From positions 224,001 through 288,000 of the forward strand of contig CAVUWV010000010.1 in assembly GCA_963745075.1 (NCBI GenBank): 64,000 bases of DNA. The letters are read 5' to 3'. Below, one piece after another: positions 59,550-64,000 of the stretch. The position numbers and the translations under genes are program-made. This DNA is from Candidatus Hydrogenedentota bacterium (GTDB lineage Bacteria > Hydrogenedentota > Hydrogenedentia > Hydrogenedentales > SLHB01). The notes beneath the pieces were generated by a model. It was not told the origin of the DNA and did not search any database. It worked only from the letters and a program-made list of their open reading frames with translations. Position 1 is the first letter of the stretch. Each line of letters starts with the position of its first letter.

Positions 59550-62500
59550 ATGAAACGCGGAGTTTCCCTCATTGCCTGTTTGTTTGTGGCGGCCGGCCTC
59601 TTCGCCGGGGTCGCCGGTGCACAAACACCTGAACAGATCGATAACGTGAAGAAGGCCTTGCCGGCCAAGCCAACGGTCGAACCGGCGAAACCGCGCACGC
59701 TGCTGATCTTCACGCTCTGCAAGGGGTTCGTACACAGTTCGATCCCGCTCGGCGCGGAGACGTTCAGGCTGATGGGCGAGAAGACCGGCGCTTACACCGC
59801 TACCGTCAGCGACGACGTATCCATGTTTGCGCCCGATAAGCTCAATGATTTCGATGCCGTCTGCATGATGAACACGACGGGCGAGTTGTTCGAAGACCCC
59901 GCCCTGAAGCAGAGCCTTCTCGATTTCGTGAAAGGCGGCAAAGGCATCATCGGGATTCATGCCGCCACCGACTGCTCGTATCAATGGCCGGAGTACGGCG
60001 AAATGATGGGCGGTTACTTCGACGGGCATCCCTGGGGCGCCGGCGACACCGTGACGCTCAAGATCGACGATCCCCTTAACCCCGTCTGCGCCGCGTTTCA
60101 TGGACACGGCCTCAGCATCCAGGACGAGATTTATCAGTTCAAGGATCCCTATTCGCGCGACGCGTTGCGCGTACTCGTCAGCATCGATACCGACAAGACC
60201 GACATGAACAAGAATGGGATCAAGCGCACCGATGCCGATTTTGCCGTGTCGTGGATACACAAATACGGCGAAGGCCGGGTCTTCTACTGTTCCCTCGGTC
60301 ACAACGATGCGGTTTTTTGGAATCCCGTAGTCTTGCAGCATTATCTCGACGGGATTCAGTTCGCCCTCGGCGATTTGCAGGCCGATGCCACACCCAGCGC
60401 GCAGCTTCCCGCTAGCTACTTTGCGGATGCCGAATCCAAAGCGATGGACGGAATTTTTGCGGATATCGCCCAGTGGGAACCTGGCAAAGACCCTTCCGCG
60501 CTCGAACTCATTACCGACAAGGTGGTGAAATCGCACGGCGATGAGGGCACGCGGGACGCGCTCGAACGCCGGTTGGATAATATCCTCCGGTCCGGCGACG
60601 CGACCTTCTACGGCAAGGAATACGCGGCCAAGCAGCTCTACCTCATGGGCACCCGCGATTCGATCTCCGTGCTCGCGCAACTCCTGCTCGATCCTGAGCA
60701 GTCCGACGACGCGCGTTATGCCCTCCAACAGATGGAACCGGGCCGGGCCGATGTCGCGCTGCACGATGCACTGCAAAACACGAGCGGCCCGGTGCGCATC
60801 GGCATCATCAACACCATTGGCGAACGGGGCAGCCCTCGCTCCGTCGACGATCTTTCGCGGTTCGCGGCCAGCGAAGACCTTGACACCGCGCGCGCGGCCA
60901 TTCGCGCCCTCGGCAAGATCGGCGGTCAGAGCGCCGTGGATGTCTTGACCCGCACGCAGGCGACCGTATCCGGACCGCTCGCGGTTGCGGTGGATGACGC
61001 CCTGCTCGAATGTGCCGATGCATTCGTGGCAAACGGGGACAACGAGTCGGCGGTCAAGATCTACTCGCTGATGTATGCCGCAGACGCGCCGGCGGTCGTG
61101 CGGCTTGCCGCATTGCAGGGGATGACTCGGGCGAAAGGGGAACAGGCCATCCCGACAATTATTGACGCGCTGTCCGGTACGGACGCCGACATCAAGTCAA
61201 GCGCCGCCTTCGCCGCGCAAGAGGTTTCCGGTGATAGCGCAACCAAACAACTCGCCGACGCCCTTGCGGGTCTTCCCGCCGACGGCAAGATCCTCTTGAT
61301 TCTTGCCTTGAAAGCCCGTGGCGACGCCACGGCATTGGACGCCGTCACGGCGGAACTCGACAGTGACGCCGCCGCCGTGCGAATCGCCGCGCTCGAAGCC
61401 CTGGCCGTCCTCGGCAACGATTCGTCAGTCGACCGGTTGGCGAACATAGCGGCGTCGGCGTCCGACGCAGAACAGCGAGCCGCCCGTCACGCGCTGGCGC
61501 TGCTGCGCGGTGCCGGTATCAACGGCGCTATCGTAACGGCCCTGAACACCGGCAACGACGGCGTTCGCGCCGAACTGGCCCGCGCTCTTGGGGCCCGCTA
61601 TGCCGAGGACGCTATCCCAACCTTGTTGAAAGCGGCTACCGACGAAAACGAAGCCGTTCGTACGCAAGCCTTCACGTCGTTGGGCGTGGTGGCCACCGCC
61701 GAACAGCTTCCCCAACTCGTGGACCTGCTCGCGAAGGAAAGCTCCGACGGCCCACGGGCCGAAGCGGAGCGCGCTACCATCGCCGCCCTGGGCCGCGGCG
61801 GAGAGCCTGCCGCGATGGCAGCGACCGTGCTGAATGCCTACGCCCAAGCTATGGACAACGTCCCCGTGCAGGCCTCGTTGATCCGCGTGCTCGGCCACAT
61901 CGTCGATGACGCATCACTTCGTGCTTTGCAGGACGCCACGCGGTCTCGCAATCTCGACGTGCAGATGGCGGCGGCCCGCGCCCTCTCCGATTGGCCCGCG
62001 ATTGCGCCGGCCGCCGACCTCCTGGACTTGGTCAAGACTACCAAGGACGGTGGTCTCGCGGACACCGCGCTCCGCGGCTATCTGAAGCTCGTGGAGCAGC
62101 CATCCGACAAATCCTCGGCAGATACGGTGAAGTTCTACCAGGACGCCTTCGCCGCAGCTCCCAGCGCGGACGCCAAGAAACTGGTTCTTGCGAGCGTCGG
62201 CCGCCAGACGGACGGCGGGCTCGTCAAACTCGTCGCGGAATACATGAACGATCCCGATGTGAAGGAAGAGGCCGCCGCCGCCATGAACAAGCTCCAGCAG
62301 GCGGCTTACGTTCCCACCGCGTCGAGCAACAACGATGAAGCCCGGAAAGCGCTGGACGGTGACCCCGCGACCCGATGGACGACCGGTACGGCCCAGAAAC
62401 CGGGGCAGTGGTACATGGTTGACGTTGGGTGGGAAGGCACCATCAGCAAGGTGACGTTGGATGCCGCGCCGTCGTCGGGCGATTATCCGCGCGGCTATGA

Positions 62501-62681
62501 AGTGTACGTGTCGGCCGACGGCCAGAACTGGGGCGAGCCGGTAGCCAAAGGCGCCGGCACCCAGGCGAAGACCGAGATCGCCTTCCTGCCTACCAAGGGC
62601 CGCTACGTGAAGATCGTGCAGACTGGTTCGACCGACGGCCTGTTCTGGTCCATCCACGAAATGAGCATCGATATCGAATAG
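59550..62681 (+). CDS. Exported ThuA-like domain plus HEAT repeats plus discoidin (F5/8 type C) protein
   Basis: GFVHSSI, GIIGIHAA, GHPW, DEIY, GRVFYCSLGH; Ala-rich HEAT repeats; ALDGDPATRWTTG..DYPRGY..WSIHE. Confidence 0.9.
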   Translation: MKRGVSLIACLFVAAGLFAGVAGAQTPEQIDNVKKALPAKPTVEPAKPRTLLIFTLCKGFVHSSIPLGAETFRLMGEKTGAYTATVSDDVSMFAPDKLNDFDAVCMMNTTGELFEDPALKQSLLDFVKGGKGIIGIHAATDCSYQWPEYGEMMGGYFDGHPWGAGDTVTLKIDDPLNPVCAAFHGHGLSIQDEIYQFKDPYSRDALRVLVSIDTDKTDMNKNGIKRTDADFAVSWIHKYGEGRVFYCSLGHNDAVFWNPVVLQHYLDGIQFALGDLQADATPSAQLPASYFADAESKAMDGIFADIAQWEPGKDPSALELITDKVVKSHGDEGTRDALERRLDNILRSGDATFYGKEYAAKQLYLMGTRDSISVLAQLLLDPEQSDDARYALQQMEPGRADVALHDALQNTSGPVRIGIINTIGERGSPRSVDDLSRFAASEDLDTARAAIRALGKIGGQSAVDVLTRTQATVSGPLAVAVDDALLECADAFVANGDNESAVKIYSLMYAADAPAVVRLAALQGMTRAKGEQAIPTIIDALSGTDADIKSSAAFAAQEVSGDSATKQLADALAGLPADGKILLILALKARGDATALDAVTAELDSDAAAVRIAALEALAVLGNDSSVDRLANIAASASDAEQRAARHALALLRGAGINGAIVTALNTGNDGVRAELARALGARYAEDAIPTLLKAATDENEAVRTQAFTSLGVVATAEQLPQLVDLLAKESSDGPRAEAERATIAALGRGGEPAAMAATVLNAYAQAMDNVPVQASLIRVLGHIVDDASLRALQDATRSRNLDVQMAAARALSDWPAIAPAADLLDLVKTTKDGGLADTALRGYLKLVEQPSDKSSADTVKFYQDAFAAAPSADAKKLVLASVGRQTDGGLVKLVAEYMNDPDVKEEAAAAMNKLQQAAYVPTASSNNDEARKALDGDPATRWTTGTAQKPGQWYMVDVGWEGTISKVTLDAAPSSGDYPRGYEVYVSADGQNWGEPVAKGAGTQAKTEIAFLPTKGRYVKIVQTGSTDGLFWSIHEMSIDIE

Positions 62682-62773
62682 GTGGAACAGCGCATATCGG
62701 GCGTCCTTGTTGTCCCTGATGTCTCTGCTGTCCTTGATTACATAGCGGCCAACTCAATGGCGAAGGAGTACCT

Positions 62774-63604
62774 ATGGCTGACCTGTTAAAAGACCAAGTG
62801 GCAATCGTAACTGGCTCGGGACGCGGCATCGGCGCGGCCACGGCACGGCTCATGGCGGCCGAAGGCGCTCGCGTTGTGGTCAGCGACCTCGATGCGGCCC
62901 CTGCAGAGACTGTGGTTGAGGAAATCAAGACGAGTGGGGGAGAGGCCATCGCCGTTCCCGGTGACGTGACGGACCCGGCATTTCCCGATGCGCTCATGAA
63001 AGCGACGGTCGATGCCTTCGGCAAAATCACCACCCTCGTGAACAACGCCGGCTACACGTGGGACGGCGTCATCCACAAGATGACCGACCCTCAGTGGGAC
63101 GCGATCCTCGACGTGCACCTCAAAGCGCCGTTTCGTATGATCCGCGCTACCGTGCCGTACATGCGCGATGCCGCCAAGGCCGAGATGGCTGCCGGTAACA
63201 AGCCCGAACCGCGCTGCATCATCAACGTGTCCTCCACGTCCGGGCTCCACGGGAATGCCGGGCAGATCAACTATGCCGCGGCCAAAATGGGCGTCGTCGG
63301 CATGACGAAGACGGTCGCCCGGGAGTGGGGCAATTTTAATATTCGCTGCAACGCGGTCGCCTTCGGCACCGTCGAAACCCGGCTCATCCAGGCGAAAGAG
63401 CAAGGCGAGACCATTACCGTACAAGGAGAAGAGGTTGCCCTCGGCATTCCGCAGCAGATGCGCGACATGCTCACCATGATGATTCCTCTGGGCCGCACCG
63501 CGACGCCCGAGGAAGGCGCCGGCGGAATCGTGCTGCTCGCTTCGCCCTACGCTTCGTACATAACGGGACATACCTTGGAAGTGACCGGAGGATACGGAAT
63601 ATAG
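62774..63604 (+). CDS. SDR family oxidoreductase (3-oxoacyl-ACP reductase-like)
   Basis: TGSGRGIG, NNAG, SSTSG, NYAAAK. Confidence 0.92.
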   Translation: MADLLKDQVAIVTGSGRGIGAATARLMAAEGARVVVSDLDAAPAETVVEEIKTSGGEAIAVPGDVTDPAFPDALMKATVDAFGKITTLVNNAGYTWDGVIHKMTDPQWDAILDVHLKAPFRMIRATVPYMRDAAKAEMAAGNKPEPRCIINVSSTSGLHGNAGQINYAAAKMGVVGMTKTVAREWGNFNIRCNAVAFGTVETRLIQAKEQGETITVQGEEVALGIPQQMRDMLTMMIPLGRTATPEEGAGGIVLLASPYASYITGHTLEVTGGYGI

Positions 63605-63767
63605 GGCAGATCGCGCGCGGTGCTGCATTCGGCAGACGCGGTATCGTGCATGCATCAGACCCACGTGTGCACAAATCCGCATTTGATGGTATGCTTAAAG
63701 TGGGTGTCATCTTGGGGTTGTGCGTCGTTCGTCGGGAACGGCGTCTAAACCAAAAGAGGTGGGTGTG

Positions 63768-64000
63768 ATGGACGCGGAAAAAGTTCGGGCCGAAATTCTC
63801 AGAGTCCCGGTGATTGAATCGCTTCCGGGCGATCTCCCGGGAAAAGTCACGGACGTGATCATGGACATCGGCGATGTTCGGCACGTTCCCAAGGGGCAGG
63901 TTATGACCCGCGAGAACAAACATGGTAAGAACCGTGGCTTCGTCCTGCTCAAGGGCGTCATCGGCATTCAGAAGGCCGAAGTGCCGTTTTCGAAATGCCG
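63768..64000 (+). CDS. N-terminus of a probable cyclic-nucleotide-binding domain protein (runs off window)
   Basis: MDAEKVRAEILRVPVIESLP...VPKGQVMTRE..GFVLLKGVIGI resembles the start of a cNMP domain; GAGG RBS. Confidence 0.5.
   Translation, partial: MDAEKVRAEILRVPVIESLPGDLPGKVTDVIMDIGDVRHVPKGQVMTRENKHGKNRGFVLLKGVIGIQKAEVPFSKC

Overview
High-GC bacterial chromosomal window. The gene repertoire (GCPP lipoprotein, HEAT/ThuA/discoidin, PKD, Tat-exported Gfo/Idh/MocA, PEP-CTERM, five-bladed propeller glycosidases) suggests a PVC-like or Ca. Hydrogenedentota-like organism; this is inference only. 0.3-19.2 kb is a surface-glycan cluster: ugd, rmd, gmd, GME-like, rmlC-like, GDP-heptose genes gmhA/hddA/hddC-gmhB, rffA, a kdsB-like gene paired with a deoxyhypusine-synthase-like gene, a sulfotransferase and a flippase-sulfatase-like fusion. 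19.4-37 kb holds PKD/SGNH, DRG-type GTPase, PQQ/cytochrome c dehydrogenase, M50 and M23 peptidases, a sigma54-preceded dnaK, a dnaJ with a hydrophobic C-tail and a PadR-HAAS pair. 37-49 kb holds propeller glycosidase-like genes and an IS1182-family element plus an internally deleted copy inserted in a REP. 49-64 kb holds GT-C, HDOD plus hybrid kinase, PEP-CTERM, tandem amidohydrolase, Gfo/Idh/MocA plus ThuA-HEAT-discoidin and an SDR. Intergenic DNA is densely occupied by at least four paired-palindrome (REPIN/MITE-like) families and by inverted 6-/9-mer repeat cassettes. About ten single-base-insertion frameshifts point to consensus sequencing errors rather than pseudogenes. No tRNA, rRNA or CRISPR array was seen.
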